This document shows, piece after piece, positions 14,527 through 28,423 of a stretch of DNA of 64,000 bases; the stretch's first letter is position 1; every line of letters begins with the position of its first letter. This DNA comes from Antedon mediterranea (taxonomy: Eukaryota > Animalia > Echinodermata), in contig NC_092680.1 of the NCBI RefSeq assembly GCF_964355755.1, positions 10,230,001 to 10,294,000 on the forward strand, written 5' to 3'. The notes beneath the pieces are model-generated. The model searched no databases. It saw only the letters and a program-made list of their open reading frames with translations, and was not told where the DNA came from. The position numbers were made by a program, and so were the translations under genes.

Positions 14527-14564
14527 TGCACTGATGAAGGGCTAGTGTTGCCCGAAAGCTCTGC
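14527..14564 (+). ncRNA. Minimal hammerhead ribozyme (PLE-type)
   Basis: gca-CTGATGA-agggc-tagtgtt-gccc-GAAA-gc-TC-tgc: conserved core, stem II, short stem I, minimal stem III. Confidence 0.7.
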
Positions 14565-14993
14565 TAAATTTTCTGGCTGTTTACTTTATCGTTTTGATTT
14601 AGCTTTTCGCTTTTTATTTTTGTATCTCCATTGAGATCCAGCCACTGATACCCACAGCATTGTCATTTTTTTCAGTAATTTGCCTTTGGATTTATATAAG
14701 CGACTTTTTCTCATTCTCACAGATTTCCTCATCTTATCGTTTCGAATTAATTAATTAAATTTCAGTATATTACCGGGCGGTTTAGAATTTATGTTCTTTG
14801 CCTGATTTGTTTATATATATAAAAGTATCTCTTCGGAGATCCCGCCTCGTGAATAAAAATACTGTAAGATGGGGGCGTATCAATTTGATCTCTGGTGCGC
14901 GTGCGTACAACTGAGGACTAGTGCTGTTCCGCCGTACCACGCCGAGAATGTTAAAGAGTCGCTATCCAATCGAGTTCGAACAATACCATGAAA

Positions 14994-15065
14994 GCCCCAG
15001 TGGTCTAATGGTTAGGACATCTGCATATCAAGCAGGCGGTCCGAGTTCGAGTCTCGGTTGGGGCG
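14994..15065 (+). tRNA. tRNA-Asp(ATC)-like cloverleaf inside a repeat (probably repeat-borne or pseudo)
   Basis: 72 nt: acceptor GCCCCAG/TTGGGGC, D stem GTCT/GGAC, anticodon stem TCTGC/GCAGG with loop ATATCAA, T arm CCGAG-TTCGAGT-CTCGG, then a TTTTT terminator. Confidence 0.7.
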
Positions 15066-15284
15066 ACTTTTTCTCATTCTCACAGATTTCCTCATCTTTA
15101 TCGTTTCAAATCAATTAATTAAATTTCAGTATATCACCGGGTGGTTTAGAATTAATGTTCTGTGGCCTGATTTGTTTATATATATAGCCTATATATATAT
15201 ATATATATTTATTTTTGTATCTCCATTGAGATCCAGCCACTGATACCCACAGCATTGTCATTTTGTTCAGTAATTTGCCTTTGG

Positions 15285-15318
<34 letters not shown>

Positions 15319-15425
15319 ACATTAGGCAATGAACATTAATTCGAAACCGCCCGATGATATACTGAAATTTAATTAATTAATTTGAAACGATAAAGATGAG
15401 GAAATCTGTGAGAATTAGAAAAAGT

Positions 15426-15497
15426 CGGCCCAACCGAGACTCGAACTCGGACCGCCTGCTTGATATGCAGATGTCCTAACCATTAGACCACTGGGGC
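15426..15497 (-). tRNA. Second, inverted copy of the tRNA-Asp(ATC)-like sequence
   Basis: Reverse complement of 14994-15065 with one acceptor-stem mismatch; flanks also duplicated (14828-15185 vs 15310-15665). Confidence 0.65.
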
Positions 15498-15689
15498 TTT
15501 CATGGTATTGCTCGAACTCGATTGGATAGCGACTCTTTAACATTCTCGGCGTGGTACGGCGGAACAGCACTAGTCCTCAGTTGTACGCACGCACACCAGA
15601 GATCAAATTGATACGCCCTCATCTTTCAGTATTTTTATTCACGAGGCGGGATCTCCGAAGAGATCGAAGATATATATATATGCTTGATA

Positions 15690-17773
15690 TGCAGATATAT
15701 ATGATGATGACTTTAACATCAAAGCATCTGAGATGATCGATTTTTTCAATGCACGCGAATATCCATCTGACATTACTGTGAAATCTCTAAGAAAAGTTTG
15801 CCAGTTAACGCACGAGGACACATTGCAACCTACACATAATAAATGCTTGTGACCGCATACCTCTAGTCCTCACGTATCATCCTATGAATAAGAAGGTTAT
15901 TAACATTGTCCGCGATAACTTTTCAATTTTGACTGAAGATAAATCCGCTACAAAAGATATTTTTCAAGAACCACCCATGATAGCTTACAGACGTGATCAA
16001 AGCATTAAAGACACTTTAGTTAAATCTAAATTACAAAACAAAGGTAATGAATTAACTGGAACATTCAAATGTAATAGAAATAGATGTTCGACATGTAATT
16101 ACGTTTCATGTTCAAACCAAATAGTAGGACCTTCTGGTAATTATGTTATCACAGATCGTATTACGTGCACCACTAGAAATCTAGTTTATTGTATTTCGTG
16201 TACTAAATGTAATATGCTTTATATTGGTGAAACTAAACGCAGGTTAGGTGATAGGTTTGTAGAACATTTAAGGTCTATTAAACTAAAGACTCCCGGATTA
16301 CCTGTAGCCACCCATTTTTGTAATAATGAGCATTCCCTTTCGGATATTACAATTTCTGGTGTTAAAGTATGTAATGGTTCTGAGACATCTCGTAGAATTA
16401 TAGATGAAAGAATAATTGTAAAGCTTGGCACTCTTGCCCCTACCGGCATAAATGTACAATTTAGATCCTTTAAACATTAATTTTGCCAGAGACATTCACA
16501 TATTAACAATTATTTACACTTGAAGCTTTTGTCTTTGTTTTAAATTTCATGCTTTATAAGCAACCATTCCTGCTTTGTACCCCATAGCTTTTGGAGGCGT
16601 GCCTTTATAACTATGCCTTTTGTTTGTTAACATCTTTGATTGACTGATTTGTTTTATTATGTAATTTTATGACTTATATATGTTATCCTTCGTTACAATT
16701 CTTTTCACCTGATGATGGGCTATGCCCGAAACATGTCGTTAAAATAATTCTATATTGAGGCAGTTTTAACTTATTTGATCTTGATTTTTTTTTCTATATC
16801 CTGCCTATGCAGCTCTTTGATTTATATATATATATATACAGCACGACTAATCTGCTGCATCCACCGGGTTTATCTATATTTTTTGTTATCACCATCGTTT
16901 TTTGTTGTGTACCTGTTTGTTTTATAACAATTATGGCCAATTCCAAGGAAGTTTTACAACAAGCGCGTCGGATTCTCAACAACGACTTAAGCCTGTATTC
17001 TCCATGTGTGAGGAAATTTGGTTTTTGCTTTGGAACCTCAACGTTCAGTAAGGCAAGATGTTCTAGTAATGTTTATTTTCTGTCCACATGTCTAAGACGG
17101 AACGTCATACCCAAGTCATTTAGATCTACCTGGTCACCGTCCTTTGCTTATGTTGATAAGAAGTTCATATCTGATAGTATCAATGCTGTTTCCAGACGGT
17201 TTATGCGTATGAGCATTCAGATGAACTTAAAGAAAGTTTCGTATCATGATGAACAAATGGTACATCATAAGACCAACCTACGAGCAGCTTGTACCAACTA
17301 CGAATTTGACAAAATACGAAGTATCGTCCATGGATTAAACAAATTGTATTAAAAGTCATTGACAGAAGCTAAATTACTTAAAGCTAATCGTGTTTGTAGA
17401 GAGTATTCCATTGATGAGGTAGGACCAACGAGAGCACACCCTGATACGTCTAAACTAGTTGTGACTATACCTGATGATTTGCCTCTTAAAGATGAAGAAC
17501 GCTCTGTTCTTTCTAAGGGTCTGTCTTTTATTCCTATTAGGAAAGAGATTGATGATTTCCAGCTTAAACAAGACATGGATCAATATTACAGACGTTTACG
17601 ACTCAAAGCAAACTTTCACGGCAAGAATCAGACAAATGTAACAACAAAAGATGAATTCCAGTTGCTGAATAAGAAGCCATCTAGCTGGACACCGCCACAA
17701 GGTATGTTCGCTGAACTTGATCTGTATGTCAATACTTGCAAACTAGAGATTAACAAGCTTAAGTTAAAACAAC
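15690..17773 (+). mobile_element. Penelope-like element (Neptune-type) in partial-tandem arrangement, cut by a Gypsy LTR
   Basis: 3' part with CNRNRCSTC linker and GIY-YIG (NLVYCISC...LYIGET, 15884-16480), then a hammerhead, (TA)n, then the N-terminus of the next unit (FLSTCLRRNVIPKSF; LSKGLSFIP...RRLRLK). Confidence 0.85.
16706..16740 (+). ncRNA. Minimal hammerhead ribozyme in the PLE terminal repeat
   Basis: cac-CTGATGA-t-gggc-tat-gccc-GAAA-catg-TC-gtt; palindromic ACATGT stem III as known for PLE hammerheads. Confidence 0.75.
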
Positions 17774-20700
17774 TGTTACCGGGTCGTATAAACAAATACT
17801 CGTACACTGTTTCAGTATTTCAAAACAGAATATAGATCCGATAATTTAATAGAATAATATATCAAGCAAGTTACATTACATAGGTGTTATCATCAAGCTG
17901 GTCAACTAAAAACTAACTCCTACACTAACAGTGATTCCAACTCCCCTTACACTAATATTATACTCATCAATTACCATGGAAACGGAGCTGAGATCAATAG
18001 GTTAGGAATGTCTATATCTAGGGTAGGGGGATTATAGGTTGTATTATATATCTATATACAATAGTAATTGTAATGTACAGTACTAGTAACTGTAGGGCTC
18101 TAACATCCTCCCCCACTTCAATTAATGTCGTCCCGACATTCAACACTAAACTATAAAATAAAAAGAAAACATAGTTATAAAAACCAGTACCAACGTCAAT
18201 CATTATTAGAAATTAATAATATCTGGTCATCAATATGGGTAATTCCCAAAATACAAGTCAGTCCATACCTAATGGCTGGCTATCAACTGGATCAAAATCA
18301 TTTTTCAAGTCATAACTTAAAGAAAGAGATATATTTAAAAAAAATGTGTGTGGATCACACCACATCAAGACACAATGTCTTCAACACATTGTTGGTGCAT
18401 CACACCTACAGGACGGTACTCAAACAAAATTTAATTAAAATGTATATATGACTTTGGTGCATCACACCTTCACAAAACAAAATTTAATTAAAATGAATAA
18501 AACTTGCATTACACCATACACGCTTCCTAAAAAGGGCTTAAACACGCGTGCTACAGAACATAAACTCAAATAGGACAAGCCTCAATCGAAAATCTCAATA
18601 TTCTGACCGTATAACATTTTATACTTTATAATGTCTGCTGCCAAGCTGGCTGCTACTTTATCTATCGTACTAATAATATAATACATAAATTAAATTCAAT
18701 GACCATAACCTAATCTCGTTCTCTAGATACACAGTTATGTTTAAAAAAAAAATTTAGTGTCAATATCTTAACTTTTGCTATAACATTCATGCAGTTTCTA
18801 AATAGAAATTACACAGTAATATAGGCATTATACAATCCAATCTAGTATTTGAATTGTAAATCTATTGAGCCACTAGGCTTTCCGGTGCGGTGTGTAACAT
18901 CAAGATTGGTTGTTGTAGTAGTACCATCCATACCATTGGTAGTTGCATAACTTGCATCAGTGGGTGTGGTATCATAGCTTGGTTCATCTGTGGATTGGTC
19001 CAATACATCGCAGGTTGGTAACCATTGGTGATCCTTCCATTTGAGTTCACAGTCGATGAATATAGGTTAGCAAATTGGTCTGGTTCTCCTGGGCGGTCAT
19101 ATGTAAGCCTAGTTGGTGGCCTACGGGTCCTTGGTGGTAATTGATGTACATCATCAGCTGCATCTGTGGTCGGGTCTGATTGTATCTCCAATGTATCTGT
19201 ATCATGAACAGTATCCATAGCATTTTGGTCTTCCACTACTGGGTGTTGGTCTCCACCTGGTATATTTACAAGGTCTGGCACAAACGACTGGGCACTCACA
19301 TTCAAGTCTGAGTTTGGAATATAATCTGGAGGAAGTCTTGCCTCTGTAAATATATAATCTTCCACATCGGACTCATCATCAGAATGCTGGAAGCCGTTCA
19401 CTGCTTCCTCTCTGGAACATGGTTCGTAGCTGGTATTTTCTTCGTCCTCTTCCGTCTGCAGGTAGTCACACGGACAAAGAAGATTTCTATGAAGCGTACG
19501 ATGTCTACCATGGCCATGTTCTGGTGTAACTTCATAAACGGGCATGCCTTCACCTTTTTGTTCCAATACCACATACACATCATCTTCATAGAAGCTCTGC
19601 AACTTTCCTGGTCCTCCGGGGTGCACATAGTTTTTGACCAATACTCTGTCACCGGGTTCTAGAGACGTGTACGCTACCTTTCGATCGTAGTTGTTCTTTC
19701 CTCTGTTGGCTGATTTCTGACTGTTCCTCGCTGCTACAGTACTCTGTAAACCTCCTCCATGTCTGTTTTCCATTGACGAGCATATTCGGAAGGATTTACT
19801 GTATCTCTCTCTGATGGTTTATGGAGTCCAAATGCAATATCAACTGGAAGACGTGGGTGTCTCCCGTACATCAAAAAGAATGATGAATATCCAGTTGCAT
19901 CATGTCGTGTACAATTGTAGGCATGTACAAGTCTGTTGAGTGAATGTTTCCAGTCACTTTTCTGATGTTCTGGCAGTGTCCGCAGCATAGATAATAATGT
20001 TCGGTTAAATCGCTCTACCTGCCCGTTCCCTTGAGGGTGATATGGTGTGGTTCGTGATTTAGCTATGTTTGCATGTCGTTGTAATTGATCAAACATTTGA
20101 TTCTCGAATTCTCTACCCTGATCATGATGAATGCGCTTTGGGAATCCAAAATGTAATACATAGTCGTTAAAAATCCGATCTGCTACTGTTTTACCACTCT
20201 TGTCTTTAGTTGGATATGCTTTAGCTAGTCTCGTAAAGTTGTCAATTACTATTAAAATATATTCAAAACCTCCCTTACTCTTCTCTAAATGTAAAAAATC
20301 GATAAACACAAGCTCCAATGGTTCAGATGTCGTAATGTTAACTAACGGTGCTCTTGTCGGTTTGTGAGGTCGCTTCTGTTTATTGCAACGACAGACATGT
20401 GTGATGTAATGGTCGATGTCACTTTCCATGATGTGTGGCCAGTAAAAACGATCACGTGCCAATTGTACCACTCTGTCCGTACCAAGATGACCCATATCTT
20501 CATGTAATTCCTTAAATACTCTTTGCTTGAGTTGAGATGGAAGAACCAATTGCTGCTTAAACTTAGTATTTCGCCATAGAAGTCCCTTCGGATCCACATT
20601 TAGATTGTTCCACTCATGCATCATTGACTTGGTGCTGGCGGTCTCTCCGTTTCTTTCGTTCCTTGTAGGTCGACGATGTTTGGATTTGTACTCTAGTAAT

Positions 20701-22324
20701 CTTTGAATGGATGGGTCTTTTTGTTGAGCTAAGAAGATTTCCGTCGGTTGTAGTGGCTTGGACTTTACAGAATGATTGTACTCTACATCTGGTAACTGCT
20801 GCAAATTGGACGTCACAGCTGAAATCCACGATGCTCCTTCTTGACCTTGTTCACTTATTCCTGAAAGTCCTGCACATATTACTGAAGGATGGACCTCTTC
20901 TGTAAAGTCATTTTTAAAATTGGTGATATCCAGTGGTAGTCTCGATAAAGTATCCGCGTCAATGTTTATTCGTCCAGGTCTGTACTTTATTGAGAAGTTG
21001 AAGTCCGCTAATTCGGCAACCCATCTATAGCCAGTCGCATTCAATTTCGCTGATGTAAGAACATATGTTAGTGGGTTATTGTCAGTATATACAGTAAAAG
21101 GTGGTGAATAATTAAATAATCCCGGAACCGCTCGGTAATACCCCATTTCAGCGCCAAAAATTCAAGTTTTCCGGAATGGAGATGATAATTTTTCTCTGCT
21201 GGGCTTAGGGTCCTAAATCCGTATGCAATAACCCTGAGCTTTCCTTTTTGTAACTGGTAAAGTACTGCTCCCAACCCGTCTTTGGATGCATCCGTGTGCA
21301 ATACGAATGGTTGACTGTGATCAGGGAAACCCATCACAGGTGGTGATGTTAAACAATCGATGAGCGTGCTTAGTGTGCTTTGATGCTGCTGGGTCCACAC
21401 TACTGGTTGTTTTGAGGGAATTTGCTTGTTCTTTTGGCGTTGACTGGGTTTGGACATCATCTTCTTTTTCTTTGTCTGCTTCCCGTTCTGAGTCTCACAT
21501 TTTAAAAGACTATATAGTGGTTTTGCAATACTTGAGAATTTGGGAATATATTGCTGATAATACCCGAGAAGGCCGACGATTTTTCTCACTTCTCCTACAG
21601 TTGTTTGTTGTCGGTCACGTAGTGCTAATACTGCCTCCGTTTCACTGGGATCGATTGTGTAACCGTCTTCCGAGACTACTCTACCCAAATAACGTACTTC
21701 ACGCTTGAAAAGCGAACACTTGCTCGGTTTTAATTTCACACCTCGTTCTTGTAATCGTTGCAGAACTCGTCGTAGATTGGCTGTGTGTTCTTCAAACGTT
21801 TTCCCATATACCAATATATCGTCTAAGTATACAACAGCAATTTCACAAATTAAACCATCAAGACAAGACTCCATGTGTCGTTGAAAAACTGCTGGGGCAT
21901 TAGTAAGCCCAAATGGAATCCGAAGCCATTCATACAAGCCCCATGGAGTAACAAATGCCGTAGCTTGTCTGCTTTCCTCGGCTACAAATCCTTGGTGATA
22001 TGCCTTTCCTTGGTCAAGTGTAGAGAACCATGAGTTTTCTCCGAGGCTGTCCAAAACATCCTGAATTCTAGGTATAGGCTGTCTATCCGGAATGGTTTTT
22101 TTTGTTTATCTCTCGGTAATCTATGCATAACCTTAAACTGCTGTCCTTTTTTCTAACACATACCACAGGGGATGAATACGGTGACTCAGACTTTTGAATC
22201 CATCCTCTGCCGATAAGATCTTTTAAATAGGTCTTGACCTCTCTATACAGTGGTGGTGGGATGGAAATATATGTTTTTTGAACGGGTTCGTCGTCTTTTA
22301 ATCTAATTTTCATGTTTAAATCTC
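17774..22324 (-). mobile_element. Gypsy/Ty3 LTR retrotransposon, 5'-truncated and frameshifted
   Basis: RT (LRLCIDYR, YLDD), RNase H ([14 protein letters not shown]), integrase (HHCC, IDF, HDQGREF, NGQVERFN); 3' LTR TG...CA at 18104-17774 preceded by PPT GAAGTGGGGGAGGA. Confidence 0.92.
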
Positions 22325-25300
22325 CACCCGATTCTGCTACTGTCCACAGGTGCTATCTGTAAAACTATAGCAAGTTATACACGTTGCTGTCTGCTATAAA
22401 TGCTGTACTTTTAACACACGGTACACTGTCTGTAGCACAGTGTGTGTTGACAATTTACAATGATTTACAGCCATAGGCAGGTTTTCGTACTGCAATGCAA
22501 GAATGGATAGGTGTTTTCCGCCGCTTTTAGGCCTTCTAGTCAATTATTGTTATTATTATACGAATTACGTAATTAGTCTAGTAGTTCATCTACCTTTTTA
22601 GCAGGGCATAATGAATATTGTAGCTATGCTAGGCCTACTAGTCTAGCGGGAAATCAACCAATTATTTGGTTGGATACGAGTTTAGGGTAGGAAGTTATGT
22701 ACGAGTTGGCATGGGTACGAGTCGACCAGGGGTGAATCGACCAGAGTACACCCGGCCGCCCTACTAGAGCATAGGCTACAGGCCAACATTGGGACGCCCA
22801 AAAAAGCCATCCTATGAGCATAAAAAGGCCTCGTAGAGCCAGACATGTTAACATATACTACACAGTACTAGTACGTCTACCATTTATTATAGTTCCATGG
22901 TACTACGGATCACTACTATCTAGGTCTAGTAGGTAGGGTAGGTTTCCAGTAATTTCGGTCGCGTTTTTTCAGGAGGACATGTGAGAGGTGAGGTAGGTTA
23001 GCCCAGCTAGGCTAAACTAACATGTAAGTAGTATTCTACCATGGGATGGGAACGAGTCGGCATAGGGGTACGGGTTGATCTTTATCCGTATTCTAGGGTG
23101 CTGGTCAACCCGTAACGTACCCATGTCAACTCGTACCAAACTTGGCTAACTCGTACCCAAATAATTGGTCAACTCGTACCAATAGCTTTATAGCTTTAAT
23201 GATAGCTGGGTTCAAATCTAGGTTGGGACGGTTTTTTCTCATTCTAAAACAGATTTCCTTATAATAATAAAATAATATCGACCTATGAATTTAACTGTAA
23301 TATTGTATTGTATACATAATATTAGTAGTAATAGTAATTCCCATTGAATTTATTATTATAATATATTTTACGGTTACCCCTTAATTATACTATAGTATAA
23401 CTTCCTTGTTATATTTTACAGAATTTTCTTCATAATTCAACAAATTTTTTTCACAGCTAATTATCAAACTGAATCATCACACACCAAATCTCATGAAATC
23501 TCTAGTGTATTTCTCCAAGCTAATCCAGCTACATGAGGCTAAACTACACTGTATACTGGGCACTAACATCATTCCTGGCCCGTCAACCTGGACCAAATTA
23601 TGGTCCAACACAGTCGTGTACTACCGATTCCAAATAGTGAATTACATCCTGTGGTCAAGGATTTATTTGCACTTCTGCTTATTTCCTCCAACATACAGAG
23701 TACGTAGGGCTTTTAATTTGCTTTTATACCTGTTAATTAAAAAATCGTTTATGCCTATTGTTGCATAAAGATAAAATTTAGACTGTAAATACTGGGATGA
23801 TCACCCTAATTTTTTTTTTCATTTAACAATTTTATATTTCACAGCCAGAAAAAAGCATACAGGTTTTTTTTTATTCATAACTGTTGAATTGCATCCCAAT
23901 ACATGGTACCTATTAGAATCCTAACTTCAATTTCCACGAACTGGAGACGAAGACGACCCTTTTAATTAAATTTATTTGGATAGACCTCCATGTAAATTCA
24001 TTAAAGGCTCTATGATTGTTTTATATTTTAATATGTGATAGTAGAAAATCATTGTGTATAATGAGGACTATGAATCTGATATTTACTTGCATTCTCATCT
24101 TTTTAAAATTTTATTTATAATGCTGGTAGTGAATTTACTATTGAAAAAGTCATGTGTCCACTTATCTCAAATTGTGGCACACCTCTAACCTTGGTAGAAC
24201 TGACTGTGTTCTATATGAGTACATTTAATTTGCCATATAGTAGTGTTTCCACCATACTTCAACCTGGTAATTGAATACATTTCATCGGGGTAAAATTATC
24301 ACCTTTATCACCTTATATACATATATCCTGAAACATGTATTTGTACTGTACTTCATCTACTATTCATTTAATTACTTAATACTAATTTGGGTGATTTATG
24401 TCTAACTTCAGGAATGATCTGAGGCTAGAAGAACGAATTTCTGCACATATAATTTATATAAAAAATAAACCAATGTTTTCCTAAAAATTTAACCCCTAGG
24501 TTGATAACTAACAAAGAAATTATTGAAATTGTGTTCTCACAATATATGTGTACTGTATCTACATATGCATACTGCTGTACTTGTTTTTAACCGCATAATG
24601 GCATTAAAAAAAAACAATGTTTTATAATTATTATGTTATTTCCAAATATTAAAGGTCTGAAAAAGAAACTAAATGTTACCAAACTATGTTTTTGAAAATC
24701 TCTATGATATAATATAATAATATGAACATAATATTAAATTATATTGACTATTTTTGATAATCATCATGTCCTTATAAATTCATTTATATTTCTTTTGTGT
24801 AATATAGTTCATATATGATGTATTAAATAAATTGGTAAGGCCCTATACTGTTTATATTTAAGGAAAGTTTATATACACTATTATTTTATGCCTACCAATA
24901 TTAGTATTAATTGTTTATGTAACTATTTTGTCTAATTGCATTGATTTTTTGTATAGGCCAATGGCATTAATGTTTTCTCAAATCAAATTAGCCTAATAAT
25001 GCCATATTTAGAAACATAATTCATTGATTTCTGATATTCTGTACTTGTGTATCCATTACTAAAATAGTAGTTATTTTATTTCATTTATAATGTATGTATA
25101 AACTTTTATTCAGTTTTTTTTTACATTTTTAAGTTTAAAAATTATTAGAATACCTATCTACCTTTCTGTTATTGTTACTATTATAATATTTTTTGAGGCA
25201 GATTGATTTCAATAAAAAAATTTTAAACAATTAATTTGATTTATACTGTACTATGTTAGTTCAGGAGATGAAGTGTGTGTTGGTAGAATCTGGTGTGTTG

Positions 25301-27040
25301 GAGGTTGGTGATGTGAGGTGTATTTTTGTCACTTTAAGACCTAAATTAGATGTTTTCTGAAGAAAAGAAGTAAGTGGATAGGCTTTCAAACAACTCCAAG
25401 AAGATTCACACAAAAATAATTACTTCCCAATAAAATAGTATGTAACAGTGTATATTACACTACATTGAATAAACTCGAGCGGAAAAATAACACACATAAA
25501 AAAATCATTCATTTCCTTGTCGAAAAGCGCCCTCTCTAGGTTTCTATTAATTTATTAATAATTATTATTAATTAATGAGTAATATAAACTTATTTTTAAC
25601 AATTAATGCTGGAAGCTGATTCTACTCCTAACAAGGTGTCATACCTCCAAATTTCGTCAACGTATTCAAAGCACTTCAATAAATATCACATTGAACATTA
25701 AAAATTAGGGTTATGGATAGAATTTTGCTTAAAAACATATACAAAAAACATCGATAAAAAATACTTTTCGAATTTAAAAACATTTGAAACTTCTTTTATA
25801 TGTTCAATATAGGTTGCTCTATTCACAGAAACAAAATTTCATTCATGAATGTTTTTTGTTGGTTGTTTTTTTCAAAATCGTTATTAGGTTTAAAAAATGC
25901 ATTGGAATTGTATGGTCTTTCATAAGTGTATATTTTGTAAAAACGTAAATTTAAAAAATCGGTAATATGGCTCGATAGTTATTTTTTTATGTAATATGGA
26001 TGGAGCAACCTATATTGAACATTTATACCAAGTATCAAATGTTTTTGAATACGAAAACTATTTTTTATCGATGTTTTTTGTATATGTTTTAAGCAAAATT
26101 CTATCCATAACCCTAATTTTTAATGTTCAATGTGATATTTATTGAAGTGCTTTGAATTCGTTGATGAAATTTGGAGGTATGAAACTTTGTTTGGAGTAGA
26201 ATCAGCTTCCAGCATCAAATGTTAAAAATATGTTTATATTACTAATTAATTAATAATAATTATTAATAAATTAATAGAAAACTAGAGAGGGCGCTTTTCG
26301 ACAAGGAAATGAATGTTTTTTTATGTGTGTTATTTTTCCGCTCGAATTCATTCAATGTACTCTAATATACACTATTACATACTATTTTATTGGGAAGCCT
26401 ATTCGCTTCTTTTCTTCAGAAAACATCTAATTTAGGTCTTAAAGTCACAAAAAAACACCTCACATCACCAACCTCAAACACACCAGATTCTACCAACACA
26501 CACTTCATCTCCTGAACTAACATAGTACAGTATAAGTCAAATTAAATGTTTTAAATTTTTTTATTGAAATCAATCTTCTGCAAAAAATATTATAATAGTA
26601 ACAATAACAGAAAGGTTGATAGGTATTTTAATATTTTTTAAACTTAAAAAGGTAAAAAAAAACCTGAATAAATGTTTATACATACATTATAAATGAAATA
26701 AAATAACTACTATTTTAGTAATGCATACACAAGTACAGAATATCAGAAATCAATGAATTATGTGTCTAAATATGGCATTATTAGGCTAATTTGCTTTGAG
26801 AAAAACATTAATGCCATTGGCCTATACAAAAAATCAATGCAATTAGACAAAATAGTTACATAAACAATTAATACTAATATTGGTAGGCATAAAATAATAG
26901 TGTATATAAACTTTCCTTAAATATAAACAATACCTTACCAATTTATTTAATACATAATATATGAACTATATTACACAAAAGAAATATAAATGAATTTATA
27001 AGGACATGATGATTATCAATATAATTTAATATTATGTTCA

Positions 27041-28423
27041 CCATTCAACTAGTCATGCTTTAATACAATCGATTGAAAAAATCACAAACGCTATTGAGAA
27101 TAAAGAGTTCACACTAGGAGTTTTCCTTGATTTATCAAAAGCGTTTGATACAATCGATCATGATATATTATTAGATAAGTTAAGATTTTATGGTATAAGA
27201 GGAGTTCCGCTAAACTGGTTCTCAAACTATCTTAAAAAAAGACTACAATACACATTTATTGTTAATACTGCATCTAGTAAAATGACAGTAAACACTGGAG
27301 TTCCTCAGGGATCCATATTGGGTCCATTATTATTTCTTATATTCATTAATGATATTAGTCTAGCATGTAACCATGTAGACATGATTATGTATGCAGATGA
27401 CACAAATGTGTTTTATAGTCACAATGATATTACTCAAGCTTTTGATACAATGAACCAGGAGTTATCTATACTTTCGGACTGGTTTATTGCTAACAAATTA
27501 ACGCTAAATGTAAACAAATCAAAATATGTTATATTTAAGGCTAGAAATAAGTCAGCTGACACTACCTCACTAGAATTGAGGATGGGAAATGAATGTATAG
27601 TAAAAGCTACTGAAGTTAAATTTCTAGGCTTATTTCTGGATGAAACTTTATCGTTTAATTATCATGTAAATGAGGTAGCAAACAGTATTTCTAGAATAAT
27701 TGGTGTCTTAAACAAAGTGAAGTCTATGTTATCAAGTAAAATCTTGTTAACGGTATACAATGCACTTATATTACCTAGAATAACGTATGCTATCACAGTA
27801 TGGGGTGCTACTTCTGCTACAAACTTAAACCGTATACATATTCTCCAGAAAAAAGCACTTAGAAATATTTGTCATGTTCATTTTATGCATCCTTCTCATC
27901 CACTTTTTATTTCAACCCAAACATTAAATATTTTTGACCTTTATACGAAACACACTGCTATATTTATGTATCAATATAAACATAATCTATTACCTGAATC
28001 ATTTAATAACTTATTTAGTACATCTGCCTCATTCCATAATTACTCAACTAGAAACAGGTCAAACTACTGTCCACAACTAAAACGCACCAAAGTCGGACAG
28101 CAATGTATTTCCTACCAAGGAACACATATTTGGAACAATTTAACAGACTATATAAAACAATCCCCCACTTTAAGTTTGTTTAAACAGAGATTAAAGCAAT
28201 ATTATAACAATAGAAATATTTAAGTTAAGTAAATCACATTATGTTATTTTGGTTTGTTCTTTTTGTTTGTACTAATTGTTTGATCTTTTTGTTAGGGTTA
28301 CATGCTTAAAGCACTTGTGCTTATTTTGTATCCCATTCCATTATCTTATTATTTGTATTGTATTTGTATATGTTTTTATTTTGATTATGGAATAAAAATG
28401 TCGATGAATTGAAAATTGAATTG
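27041..28423 (+). mobile_element. 5'-truncated CR1/L2-group LINE
   Basis: FLDLSKAFDTIDH, GVPQGSILGPLLF, YADDT; (TTGAA)n tail; absent from the mirror position in the left arm; no TSD. Confidence 0.9.

Noticed and set aside
18862-19773. Possible extra (env-like) ORF in the Gypsy element
   Set aside because: It is the frameshifted integrase C-terminus (GDRVLV...KLQ...HRNLL); no signal peptide or convincing TM segment.
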